Shown here: piece by piece, positions 25,602 through 35,891 of the stretch
Numbering within the stretch: position 1 is the stretch's first letter
Layout of the letters: each line of letters opens with the position of its first letter
Assembly (NCBI GenBank): GCA_947488545.1
Contig: CANKZE010000001.1
Coordinates: 17,054-81,053 of the forward strand
Source of the DNA: Bacteroidota bacterium
GTDB taxonomy: Bacteria; Bacteroidota; Bacteroidia; Flavobacteriales; Flavobacteriaceae
DNA length: 64,000 nt
Direction: 5' to 3'
Position numbers and translations under genes: made by a program
Notes under the pieces: generated by a model
Databases searched by the model: none
What the model saw: the letters and a program-made list of their open reading frames with translations, nothing else
Told to the model about the DNA's origin: nothing

Positions 25602-28343
25602 TTAATCAAAATATTTAAAATCTTCTGTTAACATTCTATAGATTTCTTCTTTTACCAATTTAGTTTTTTCAGTTATTGAAGTTATTTTTTCTAATAAATC
25701 GGCACAATCATTTAAATCTGCATATTTTTTTATTTGAATTAAGCCACTGTCTTTGGTTACAAAATCAGGATAATCAAAATATTTAAAATATGCTTCTTCG
25801 TGTAAACCAACGTTTTCCAGTATTTGACCTTTAGTATAATTCAAATTCCAATATTGATAAAATGCTTCAATAGTTGTTGCTAAATCAGTAGCTACCGATT
25901 TTGATTTTTTGATTTCTTTTTGCAAGGTAGTTCTATAAAAGCTATCTTGATTATTTGGACTCATCGGATTATCAACCCAAACTTCTAGCGCACCAATAAC
26001 TGGATTGTCTTTTTCAAACTTAGTAACTACACAACGGTTTTCGGCCAAGCCAAAAGCATAACACAATGCAAACCAATCGTCTTTTAAATCATCTGAAATA
26101 TTCGGCTTCCACAAATCATATTGATTTGCCCATGTTGGATATTTTCCAACTAAATTTTTTGCAATTGTAAACCAAGTAAAACATATTTCAGACGTTGGAA
26201 TATCATAGGCACAAAAGGCCTTTTGATCAGTAGGGCCGTTATGACATTTAATTGAATTAATATTCTTAAATTCTTTTTGAAGTAAAAACCATACTTTATT
26301 ATTTATGTTATCTTCAAAACAAATATCTTTTTCTCTCTTTTTTATTCTTACAGGTACACAATCTTCCATAAAGCCTATAATGGAAGAATTGGTAATGCCA
26401 TAAGTTTTTAAATTCTTTCTTCTTATATCTTTTAAAGGTAATCCACCATATATTTCATTTGACTTCAATTCAGTTTTGGTTGGACTTCTTTTAAAATCAT
26501 ACATTTTCTGATTTAAAACATCTTTAATAACAGTTTTACTTTCATAAAACGACCAATCAAAGCCATTAATAAATTCATCTACTTTTGGATTCAATTCTTC
26601 ATCAGTATCATTCCAATTAAAAGCCAAATCTTGTTTTTTAACCATTGTTAAATCTAAAACTTTTACTTTGTTTTCTCTTTCTTCGTTAGGTTCATATTGC
26701 CAAATGGTAAAAGCCAAAGGCCATTTCCCTTTTAGTTTAAAAAACTCGTTACTTGTAGTGATAAAACCATTTAAGTACGTAAAATTTTCGTCCCAAGTTT
26801 TTCTAAATTGCTTGTAGGTTGGTCGAGGAATGAGCCAGGATGTAGGTGTAAAAATCATTACCAATGGTTTAGCATCTGGCAATTTTTCGGTTTGCGCTTT
26901 ACAAATGTTTAAAATTTGTCCAAGAAATGCTAAATATCGTTCTTTTCCTGCGTCTGCACCTGTTAGTGCAAGTATATCAGCATTTATTTCATATTCTGCA
27001 TCCTTATCAGTACGGCTAGCAACATTTTCATCCGTATTTTTATAAGGTGGGTTTAGTAAAAAAGCCAATGGTTTGTCAATTCCCTTTTTGGTACTTTGCA
27101 ACACTGCTTTTTCGAGTTCACTGTAATAGTCTTCACCGCTTCGGTCTAAAAAATTAAGTCCTTCGTTAGTGACTGTTTTTGGCACAATGGTAAAACCAGT
27201 TTCAATATGCCACGGGTCGGCTTTCATACGTTTTTCGATAATTTTCAATAAATCTGGTTGCAGTTCCGAAATAATTTTGTGTTTTAATTTGCCTTTGTAA
27301 CTGCTTATCAAGTTGCCCGAACCACCTGCTGGGTCAAAAACTACATAGTTTTCGTGAATGGTTTCAAATACTTCATTTTTAGCAAACCAAAGCGCAAACT
27401 TACTAAGGTTGTCATCTGTAAAAAATATTCCATGTTGTTTCACATATTCTGGATCAATAACTGCTAAAACCTCATCAAATCTTGAGAAATAATAATCAAC
27501 TGTTAAACCTGAACCTTCGTTTGTGAAAATATATTGATCTTCAATAAATTTGATAAATTCTTTTTTATTTTTTGGTAAAATATGAATATCTTCTGAAAAC
27601 TTTTTACCAGAAAAACCAATAACCTTGATGGTTTCAGAACTCTCGTTTTCAGCAACAGAAGAAGTAATATCCCAATATGGAATTATAGAATAAAAAGCAT
27701 GAACAGCATCAATAGGATGTTCAAAAAAGAATTTCATTCTTTCGATAGCGTGAATAAAATTGTGCTTGTTAACAAGAATTCTTTCTGAATCAAGATTTTT
27801 AAGAACTTTTAAAATTTCGTAAGTTTCGGTAATTAAACTTTTTCTTCCATTAAAAAGTTCCCCTTTCAAATCTTTTGGGTCTAGCCAATATTGAGCAGCA
27901 TCTTTAATCAAAATCACATTTGATTTTGCTGTTTTTCGGGCATTTTCTTTGCCAATTGTACTTGGGGCAACATTTGCATCAGCGGTGTTTGAAAGGATAA
28001 CTGCAAATTCAGGCAGATTTTTAATTTTCCAAATTGCGCAGAATTCGTTTGAAATAACCATTATTGAATTGTATGACAACCCAAATCTCTTTTTGTAGTG
28101 CAAAGCTTGGTAAAAACCTTCAACCCATTGTGTGAAATTAGTTTTGGCCTCAACAATAAGTTGACCTTCAACATAACCATCTGCACCGTGAGTATTTTTG
28201 TCAGACTCTACACTAAACTTGTTTGGAAAAACTTTTGTAAATAAAGGATACAATAATGGGCGTTTAGCATCTTCGTTTGAGTTACTTTCAATGTATTTTT
28301 GAAGGCTTAGAAGTTCTTGGTCGTAAGTTATATTTTTTGCCAT
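25602..28343 (-). CDS. Fused nuclease / amino-methyltransferase (Type IIG-like restriction-modification protein)
   Basis: N-terminal ADGYVEGQLIVEAK...QALHY (PD-(D/E)xK plus QxxxY), motif I FDPAGGSGNL, motif IV NPPY, and a variable C-terminal TRD-like region. Confidence 0.75.
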   Translation of the reverse strand: MAKNITYDQELLSLQKYIESNSNEDAKRPLLYPLFTKVFPNKFSVESDKNTHGADGYVEGQLIVEAKTNFTQWVEGFYQALHYKKRFGLSYNSIMVISNEFCAIWKIKNLPEFAVILSNTADANVAPSTIGKENARKTAKSNVILIKDAAQYWLDPKDLKGELFNGRKSLITETYEILKVLKNLDSERILVNKHNFIHAIERMKFFFEHPIDAVHAFYSIIPYWDITSSVAENESSETIKVIGFSGKKFSEDIHILPKNKKEFIKFIEDQYIFTNEGSGLTVDYYFSRFDEVLAVIDPEYVKQHGIFFTDDNLSKFALWFAKNEVFETIHENYVVFDPAGGSGNLISSYKGKLKHKIISELQPDLLKIIEKRMKADPWHIETGFTIVPKTVTNEGLNFLDRSGEDYYSELEKAVLQSTKKGIDKPLAFLLNPPYKNTDENVASRTDKDAEYEINADILALTGADAGKERYLAFLGQILNICKAQTEKLPDAKPLVMIFTPTSWLIPRPTYKQFRKTWDENFTYLNGFITTSNEFFKLKGKWPLAFTIWQYEPNEERENKVKVLDLTMVKKQDLAFNWNDTDEELNPKVDEFINGFDWSFYESKTVIKDVLNQKMYDFKRSPTKTELKSNEIYGGLPLKDIRRKNLKTYGITNSSIIGFMEDCVPVRIKKREKDICFEDNINNKVWFLLQKEFKNINSIKCHNGPTDQKAFCAYDIPTSEICFTWFTIAKNLVGKYPTWANQYDLWKPNISDDLKDDWFALCYAFGLAENRCVVTKFEKDNPVIGALEVWVDNPMSPNNQDSFYRTTLQKEIKKSKSVATDLATTIEAFYQYWNLNYTKGQILENVGLHEEAYFKYFDYPDFVTKDSGLIQIKKYADLNDCADLLEKITSITEKTKLVKEEIYRMLTEDFKYFD

Positions 28344-28371
28344 ATTTGTATTTTTATCAAAAGTACTGTTT

Positions 28372-31300
28372 TTAATTCAATCTAAAATCAACTTGCATTT
28401 TCTCCAATTCCGAAAGCAACTCATTTGAAATATTAATTTTCAGTTTACGGCTTGGCATTTCTAATTTTGTTATGACTTTTATTTCCTCAATTTCAGTTAC
28501 TAGCTCCACTTGTGGATTTTCTTCGTCGTAAACAACCTCGCTTTCTGTGTCTTCATCAGAAACGACAACAGGGGGAGCAATTTCAACTTGCTTCTTAATT
28601 TTTTCCAATTCCAATACCTCAAAAACAACCGATTTGTCCCCTTTATTTTGTTGAAAAACAGTACTCAATTGATGAATAAACTCCGATTGCAAGTCATTTA
28701 TATTGATATGAATCACCAATTTTTTGGTAAACAACTCCAATATATCTTGAAGAATTTTAAAGTCGATGAATTGTATTATTGGATCTCTTCTTTTACCCGT
28801 TTCTTTGTCAGGCCAGCCTTCTTTCACCGTTAATTTAATAAAAGTAAAGCTATTTTGAGTCAAATAATGACGGTATTTCATGTACTCTTCCCCGTAAATT
28901 CTAAATTCATGACTTTCGTCATAACCTTCTAATACAAAGGAACCAAACCCTTTTCCTGATTTATTTACAAGGTGTTTTACATTGGAAACAATTCCTCCAA
29001 ATGCTAAATTTTTATTGATTTGGCTATTCAGGTCTTTCAGCAACTCCAACTTAGAATTGCAAAAATATTTCATCTCATATCTAAAATCGTCCAACGGGTG
29101 TCCTGAAAGATAAATCCCAACGACTTCCTTTTCTTTGGCCAATTTCTCCATTGTTGACCAGTCTTCACATGGAGGAACAACAGGTTCGGCAATTTGAACT
29201 TCGCTGGTTTCGCCAAACAAACTCACTTGCGATGAATTTTCATTTTCTTGGAATTTCAACCCGTAACGTATCGCTTTTTCATAAAAGGTAATTCCATCTC
29301 CATCATCATGGAAATACTGCGCCCTTGAAACCCCTTTAAAGGAATCAAAACCACCGGCTAAAATTAGATTTTCAAGTGCCTTTTTATTGGCGGCACGCAA
29401 GTCAATTCGCTTTGTTAAATCGAAAATAGACTTGTATTTACTTTCTTTTCTGTTTTCTACAATTGTATTTACGGCACCCATTCCAACCCCTTTTACTGCG
29501 CCAATTCCAAAACGCACCGCGTAATTTTCATTTACCGTGAATTTATAAAATGATTCATTTACATCTGGCCCTAAAACTTGCAATCCCATGCGCTTGCATT
29601 CTTCCATAAAAAAGGAAACTTGCTTAATATCGCTCATATTATTCGATAAAACGGCTGCCATATATTCCGCTGGATAATTCGCTTTTAAATAGGCCGTTTG
29701 ATAAGCAATCCAAGCATAACAAGTAGAATGTGATTTATTAAATGCGTATTCGGCAAATGCTTCCCAGTCCTTCCAAATTTTTTCTAATTTTTCTTCTTCA
29801 TGTCCTTTTGCAACCGCTTGGCTTATGAATTTAGGCTTCATTTTATCCAAAACGTCCTTCTGTTTTTTCCCCATTGCTTTACGCAAAACATCGGCATCAC
29901 CTTTAGAAAAGTCAGCTAGCTTTTGAGACAAAAGCATTACTTGCTCCTGATAAACGGTAATCCCGTAGGTGTCTTTAAGCAATTCTTCGCAGGCATCAAG
30001 ATCGTATTCTATCGTTTCTTCTCCATTTTTTCTTCGGATAAAACTTGGAATATAGGCAATTGGCCCTGGTCTATAAAGTGCATTCATAGCAATCAAATCT
30101 CCGAAAACGGTAGGCTTCAATTCCTTCAAATACTTTTGCATTCCCGGAGATTCATATTGGAAAATACCAATGGTTTCACCACGTTGAAAAAGCTCAAAAG
30201 TTTTCACATCATCAATTGGGAAAGAATCGGGATCGAGAACAATTCCTGATCTGTATTTTACTAATTTAACGGTGTCCTTTATTAATGTTAGGGTTTTTAA
30301 TCCCAAGAAGTCCATTTTTAATAAACCGGCACTTTCTACAACCGAGTTATCAAATTGAGTGACATATAAATCAGAGTCTTTTGCAGTAGCAATAGGCACA
30401 AAATTGGTAATATCACTTGGCGTAATAATTACTCCACAAGCGTGAATTCCAGTATTTCTTAAATTTCCTTCTAATATTTGTGCTTGCTGAATGGTCTCAC
30501 CAGAAAGATCATTTTCTTTAGAAATAGAAATTAAATCTTTTATTTTTTCAAAATCTTCCGGGCGAAGGATCTTTTTAATTTCAGGTTCAGCTTCTTTTAG
30601 GAAACGTGCCAAACTCCATTTTGACGGAATTAAATTCGGAATTAACTTCGCTATTTTATCGGCTTCAAAAAGAGGCAAATCCAAAACACGAGCTGTATCT
30701 CGAATTGCCGATTTCGCGGCCATTGTTCCATAGGTGATAATTTGCGCCACCTGTTTAGATCCGTATTTTTTAATTACATAATCCATAACTCGACTTCGGC
30801 CTTCATCATCAAAATCGATATCAATATCGGGTAATGACACACGATCTGGGTTAAGGAAACGCTCAAAAAGGAGGTTGTACAACAAGGGATCAATATTGGT
30901 AATTCCTAAGCAGTACGCAACTACTGAACCCGCTGCGGATCCTCTTCCAGGCCCAACAGAAACGTCCATTTTTCTGGCTTCAGCTATGAAATCTTGAACA
31001 ATTAAGAAATATCCTGGATAACCTGAATTTTGAATTGTAAGCAACTCAAAATCGATTCGCTCTTGAATCTCTGGGGTTATTTCAGCATATCTTCTTTTGG
31101 CACCTAAATAAGTTAAGTGCTTTAAATAGGAATTTTCTCCTCTTTTTCCACCATCGTTATCATCCTCAGCGACTAAAAATTCTTGTGGAATTTCAAATTT
31201 TGGCAAGAGTACTTCCCGAGCTAAATCGTAAATTTCAATTTTCGAAACTACTTCAGAAAGGTTGGAAATTGCCTCAGGTAAATCCGTGAAAAGCATTTTC

Positions 31301-32892
31301 ATCTCCTCACCAGATTTAAAATAATATTCTTGATTTGGCATTCCATATCGATAGCCACGACCTCTTCCTATTGGTGTAGATTGTTTTTCGCCGTCACGAA
31401 CACAAAGCAAAATATCGTGTGCATTGGCATCGTTCTTATCTAAATAGAAGGTGTTATTTGTGGCAACAATTTTAATATCATTCTTTTTTGCCAATGCTAT
31501 TAAACTTGCATTTACGCGGTTTTCATCTTCTTGATTGTGACGCATCACTTCAATGTACAAATCGGAACCAAATTGTTGTTTCCACCAAAAAAGCGCTTCT
31601 TCCGCTTGATTTTCGCCGAGATTTAGAATTTTATTTGGAATCTCACCGTATAAATTTCCTGTTAATACGATCAAATCTTCTTTGTATTTTTCAATTAGAT
31701 TTCTATCAATTCTAGGAACATAATAGAATCCATCGGTATTGGCAATTGAAGTTAATTTAGTTAAATTTTGATATCCATTTTTGTTTTTAGCGAGGAATAC
31801 AATTTGGTAGCCATTGTCTTTTCGGCTTTTGTCCAAGTGATCTTCACAAACATAAAATTCACAACCCACAATAGGCTTGATTATCACTTCATTTGGCGAA
31901 TCACCATTGGCAACAGCCTCCTCGTTTTTAGCTTTAGCGGCTTTATTATGGTATAAAATATCTCTAACAAAATGGAAGGCACCCATCAAATTCGCATGGT
32001 CGGTGATGGCAACGGCTGGCATTTTATTATCCGATGCTGCTTTAACCAATTTGGCCACACTTATTGTAGATTGCAATACCGAAAACTGAGTATGATTATG
32101 CAAATGCACGAAATCGGCATCGATTAAAACTTGTTTGTTTTCGGCAATTTCGTCTTGAGAAACAAGATTGGCTTGTCGTTCACCAAACTGTTGTTTTATT
32201 TTTTGAGAAGCTTCTTTTAAGTTAATATGTCTTAACCCTATTAGCTGAATTGTACTCGGATTTTGCGTTTTAAATTTATCAAAATAATCGCCTTGAACTT
32301 GGAGCTCTTTTTCGGTAAAAATTTCGGTTCGAATCAATTCAAAAAAACAGCGTGTAGTAGCTTCCACATCGGCTGTGGCGTTGTGCGCTTCCGCAAATGG
32401 GATATTGAATAAATAACTGTGCAATTCCGTTAGTGTGGGCAATTTAAATTTGCCTCCACGACCTCCTGGCAATTGTAATAAAGAGGCAGTCACCTCGGTA
32501 CAAGTATCCAAAACAGGCATTGAACTCATTGGGCTTTCAATTCCAAAACGATGGAACTCGCAACCCATAATATTAATGTCAAATTTTAAATTTTGACCAA
32601 CGATGAATTTGGATTTGCTTAAAGCAATATTGAATTTTTCAAGTACCTCAGCCATTGGCAATCCATCGGCTTCAGCTAATTCGGTAGAAATTCCATGTAC
32701 ACTTTCTGCATCATACGGAATATTAAATCCTTCTGGTTTAATCAAATAATCCTGATGTTCGATAAGCTTACCCATATCATCGTGCAACTGCCAAGCAATT
32801 TGAACACAACGCGGCCAATTTCCCGTATCGGTAATCGGGGCGTCCCAACGCTTTGGCAATCCTGTGGTTTCGGTATCGAATATTAAGTACAT
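28372..32892 (-). CDS. dnaE: DNA polymerase III alpha with fused N-terminal DEDDh 3'-5' exonuclease
   Basis: FDTETTG...AHNATADV exonuclease, HLHNHT PHP, GRGSAAGS, PDIDIDF, FNKSH. Confidence 0.97.
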   Translation of the reverse strand: MYLIFDTETTGLPKRWDAPITDTGNWPRCVQIAWQLHDDMGKLIEHQDYLIKPEGFNIPYDAESVHGISTELAEADGLPMAEVLEKFNIALSKSKFIVGQNLKFDINIMGCEFHRFGIESPMSSMPVLDTCTEVTASLLQLPGGRGGKFKLPTLTELHSYLFNIPFAEAHNATADVEATTRCFFELIRTEIFTEKELQVQGDYFDKFKTQNPSTIQLIGLRHINLKEASQKIKQQFGERQANLVSQDEIAENKQVLIDADFVHLHNHTQFSVLQSTISVAKLVKAASDNKMPAVAITDHANLMGAFHFVRDILYHNKAAKAKNEEAVANGDSPNEVIIKPIVGCEFYVCEDHLDKSRKDNGYQIVFLAKNKNGYQNLTKLTSIANTDGFYYVPRIDRNLIEKYKEDLIVLTGNLYGEIPNKILNLGENQAEEALFWWKQQFGSDLYIEVMRHNQEDENRVNASLIALAKKNDIKIVATNNTFYLDKNDANAHDILLCVRDGEKQSTPIGRGRGYRYGMPNQEYYFKSGEEMKMLFTDLPEAISNLSEVVSKIEIYDLAREVLLPKFEIPQEFLVAEDDNDGGKRGENSYLKHLTYLGAKRRYAEITPEIQERIDFELLTIQNSGYPGYFLIVQDFIAEARKMDVSVGPGRGSAAGSVVAYCLGITNIDPLLYNLLFERFLNPDRVSLPDIDIDFDDEGRSRVMDYVIKKYGSKQVAQIITYGTMAAKSAIRDTARVLDLPLFEADKIAKLIPNLIPSKWSLARFLKEAEPEIKKILRPEDFEKIKDLISISKENDLSGETIQQAQILEGNLRNTGIHACGVIITPSDITNFVPIATAKDSDLYVTQFDNSVVESAGLLKMDFLGLKTLTLIKDTVKLVKYRSGIVLDPDSFPIDDVKTFELFQRGETIGIFQYESPGMQKYLKELKPTVFGDLIAMNALYRPGPIAYIPSFIRRKNGEETIEYDLDACEELLKDTYGITVYQEQVMLLSQKLADFSKGDADVLRKAMGKKQKDVLDKMKPKFISQAVAKGHEEEKLEKIWKDWEAFAEYAFNKSHSTCYAWIAYQTAYLKANYPAEYMAAVLSNNMSDIKQVSFFMEECKRMGLQVLGPDVNESFYKFTVNENYAVRFGIGAVKGVGMGAVNTIVENRKESKYKSIFDLTKRIDLRAANKKALENLILAGGFDSFKGVSRAQYFHDDGDGITFYEKAIRYGLKFQENENSSQVSLFGETSEVQIAEPVVPPCEDWSTMEKLAKEKEVVGIYLSGHPLDDFRYEMKYFCNSKLELLKDLNSQINKNLAFGGIVSNVKHLVNKSGKGFGSFVLEGYDESHEFRIYGEEYMKYRHYLTQNSFTFIKLTVKEGWPDKETGKRRDPIIQFIDFKILQDILELFTKKLVIHININDLQSEFIHQLSTVFQQNKGDKSVVFEVLELEKIKKQVEIAPPVVVSDEDTESEVVYDEENPQVELVTEIEEIKVITKLEMPSRKLKINISNELLSELEKMQVDFRLN

Positions 32893-33071
32893 AGGTCTAA
32901 AAAAGTCAAATAAGGGAGCACTAAATCAGTGAATAATTATCTGAAGTGGTGTTTTATTACTTGGATTTGGAAATTATTTGAACTTCAAATTTAAGTTTTT
33001 TTGAAGTAAGAATTTTGATAAGTTATCAACAAAAGGAATATTTAAATTTAGATGAAAATTCTATTTTTTAT

Positions 33072-33102
33072 AAAAAAAAATGCCTCGCAATTGCGAGGCA
33101 TT
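33072..33102 (-). terminator. Terminator after hppA
   Basis: aaaaaaaaatgcctcgcaattgcgaggcatt. Confidence 0.85.
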
Positions 33103-33123
33103 AATCAGCATTTGATGCTTTTA

Positions 33124-35682
33124 TTATTTCATTTTTTCAACTTTTGCTTTTACTTCTTCCAAAGAACCTTCAAAGACTTGAATGTTTTTGTTTCCGTTGT
33201 CATTCGTAATTACAGTTGCTTTTGCTTTTCCATTTTCATCACTAATTTGAACGTTTACCGTTTTCATATCTGATTTATTAGAACAACATTCCATTTCCGC
33301 TTTTTGAGCAACAAATTTCCCGTCTTTATCGTAGTGAGACAAACACATTTCTTTTTCTTCAGGAGTACATTTAAGACTATCGCACATTGCAGCACATTCG
33401 TCTTTAGTCATAGTTGCACATTTGCTCATGTCGCATTTTCCCATCATTTTTCCTTCAGCACATTCCATTTTAATCATCATTACTTTAGGAGCTTCACTAG
33501 AAGTACCATTTCCTAAAATAGGAGCGATTACTAAACCAATTAAGCAAGTTAATTTAATTAAAATGTTCATTGAAGGTCCAGAAGTATCTTTAAATGGATC
33601 ACCAACAGTATCTCCGGTAACTGCTGCTTTGTGAGCCTCAGAACCTTTGTAAGTCATTTCGCCATTAATTTCAACACCCGCTTCGAATGATTTTTTAGCA
33701 TTGTCCCAAGCACCACCTGCATTGTTTTGGAACACTGCCCAAAGTACACCAGAAACGGTAACTCCAGCCATATATCCACCTAACATTTCAGCGATAATTT
33801 GGTTGTTTTCAGGATAAACTAATTTACCTAATAATACAATTGCAATTGGGAAACCAATAGTTAAAACACCTGGTAACATCATTTCGCGTAAAGCGGCTTT
33901 TGTAGAGATTTCAACGCATTTTCCGTATTCAGGTTTACCAGTTCCTTCCATAATTCCAGGAATTTCTTTAAACTGACGACGAACTTCATATACCATATCC
34001 ATTGCAGCTTTTCCAACAGAGTTCATTGCTAATGCAGAGAAAACTACAGGAATCATACCTCCTACGAATAACATTGCTAATACTGGCGCTTTGAAAATAT
34101 TGATACCGTCAATTCCTGTAAAAGTCACATAGGCAGCAAATAAAGCTAAAGAAGTTAATGCTGCAGAAGCGATCGCGAAACCTTTTCCAGTTGCAGCAGT
34201 AGTATTTCCAACAGAATCTAAAATATCTGTTCTTGTACGAACTTCTTTTGGTAATTCACTCATTTCAGCAATTCCACCAGCGTTATCAGAAATTGGTCCG
34301 AAAGCGTCAATTGCTAATTGCATTGCTGTTGTAGCCATCATTGCAGAAGCTGCCAAAGCTACACCGTAGAAACCTGCTAATGCATAGGTTGACCATATTG
34401 CTCCAGCAAATAATAAAACAGTTGGGAAAGTAGAAATCATACCAGTTGCTAAACCAGCGATTACATTGGTTCCAGCTCCAGTTGATGATTTTTGTACAAT
34501 TTTCAAAACTGGGCTTGTACCTAATCCTGTGTAATATTCAGTAACTGATGAAATAGCTCCACCAACAAATAATCCAATTAAAGTAGCGTAGAAAACACGC
34601 ATTGCAGAAATATCTTTTAAACCTTCACCGAAGAATGACATATTCATTGTTTCAGGCAACATGAATTTTACTAAGAAGAGGCAAGCCACTGCAGTTAAAG
34701 CAATAGAAACCCAGTTTCCAATGTTTAACGCTTTTTGAACTTGAGCTTCTTTAGCATCATCACTTGATATTTTTACTAACATTGTACCAATGATAGAGAA
34801 TAATATTCCGAAACCAGCGATTGCCATTGGTAATAAAATTGGTCCAATTCCGCCGAATGCATCTTCGATTTTACCTCCCATATCTTTAATTACATAGTTT
34901 CCAAGAACCATAGCAGCAAGAACTGTAGCTACATAAGAACCGAATAAATCGGCACCCATTCCAGCAACATCTCCTACGTTATCACCTACGTTATCTGCAA
35001 TTGTAGCAGGATTACGAGGATCGTCTTCTGGAATTCCAGCTTCAACTTTACCTACTAAGTCAGCTCCTACATCGGCAGCTTTAGTATAAATACCTCCACC
35101 TACACGAGCGAATAATGCGATTGACTCAGCACCAAGAGAGAAACCAGCTAATGTTTCCAATACAACAGTCATGTCTTCCGTGTTAGTCCAAACACCTCCG
35201 GGCATAAAATATCTAAATAATAAGATGAAGAATCCTGTTAATCCTAAAACTGCTAAACCAGCAACTCCAAGACCCATAACTGTTCCACCACCAAAAGACA
35301 CTTTCAAAGCTTGTGGCAAACTAGTACGAGCTGCCTGAGTTGTTCTAACGTTAGTTTTAGTTGCAATTTTCATTCCCATATTTCCAGCTAAAGCTGAGAA
35401 AAAGGCTCCAAAAACAAAAGCAACTACTATTAATAAATGTGTTTTAACACCTGGTAAAAAAGTTATACCTGCTAAAACAATACTTGCAATAACCACAAAA
35501 ATTGCTAACAATCGGTATTCTGCTTTAAGGAAAGCCAAGGCACCTTCATAGATATAATCTGAAATTTCTTTCATTTTACCATCCCCAGCATCTTGTTTTA
35601 ATACCCAAGATCTTTTGATTGCCATAAATGCCAATCCTATTAAAGCCATAACTATTGGCACATAAATCATTAATGATTCCAT
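33124..35682 (-). CDS. hppA: Membrane-integral ion-pumping pyrophosphatase, K+-dependent type, with Cys-rich C-terminal tail
   Basis: GGGIYTKAADVGADLVGKVE, DNVGDNVGD, GNTTAA (Ala marks K+-dependent enzymes), GDTVGDPFKDTSGP. Confidence 0.95.
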   Translation of the reverse strand: MESLMIYVPIVMALIGLAFMAIKRSWVLKQDAGDGKMKEISDYIYEGALAFLKAEYRLLAIFVVIASIVLAGITFLPGVKTHLLIVVAFVFGAFFSALAGNMGMKIATKTNVRTTQAARTSLPQALKVSFGGGTVMGLGVAGLAVLGLTGFFILLFRYFMPGGVWTNTEDMTVVLETLAGFSLGAESIALFARVGGGIYTKAADVGADLVGKVEAGIPEDDPRNPATIADNVGDNVGDVAGMGADLFGSYVATVLAAMVLGNYVIKDMGGKIEDAFGGIGPILLPMAIAGFGILFSIIGTMLVKISSDDAKEAQVQKALNIGNWVSIALTAVACLFLVKFMLPETMNMSFFGEGLKDISAMRVFYATLIGLFVGGAISSVTEYYTGLGTSPVLKIVQKSSTGAGTNVIAGLATGMISTFPTVLLFAGAIWSTYALAGFYGVALAASAMMATTAMQLAIDAFGPISDNAGGIAEMSELPKEVRTRTDILDSVGNTTAATGKGFAIASAALTSLALFAAYVTFTGIDGINIFKAPVLAMLFVGGMIPVVFSALAMNSVGKAAMDMVYEVRRQFKEIPGIMEGTGKPEYGKCVEISTKAALREMMLPGVLTIGFPIAIVLLGKLVYPENNQIIAEMLGGYMAGVTVSGVLWAVFQNNAGGAWDNAKKSFEAGVEINGEMTYKGSEAHKAAVTGDTVGDPFKDTSGPSMNILIKLTCLIGLVIAPILGNGTSSEAPKVMMIKMECAEGKMMGKCDMSKCATMTKDECAAMCDSLKCTPEEKEMCLSHYDKDGKFVAQKAEMECCSNKSDMKTVNVQISDENGKAKATVITNDNGNKNIQVFEGSLEEVKAKVEKMK

Positions 35683-35891
35683 ATTCTATATATTCGTTAT
35701 TAAATAATCGGATGCAAATGTAGGAAAACGTTGACAAATAAAAAAACACAATTCACTTTTGAAGTCTGCTTTTTTGAATATTTATTATTTATTTAAATTT
35801 ATTTTGGGTAGAATGTTAGAATTAGTTGCGTTTTTTCGGAATTTTTCAAAGAAAAAATCGAATAAAGCGAGATAAATAGGAAAAAATAAAA

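Noticed and set aside
28372-32892. Intein or novel fusion in the long DnaE
   Set aside because: The extra length is an N-terminal DEDDh exonuclease typical of this lineage plus an acidic C-terminal loop; no intein termini or LAGLIDADG motifs seen.
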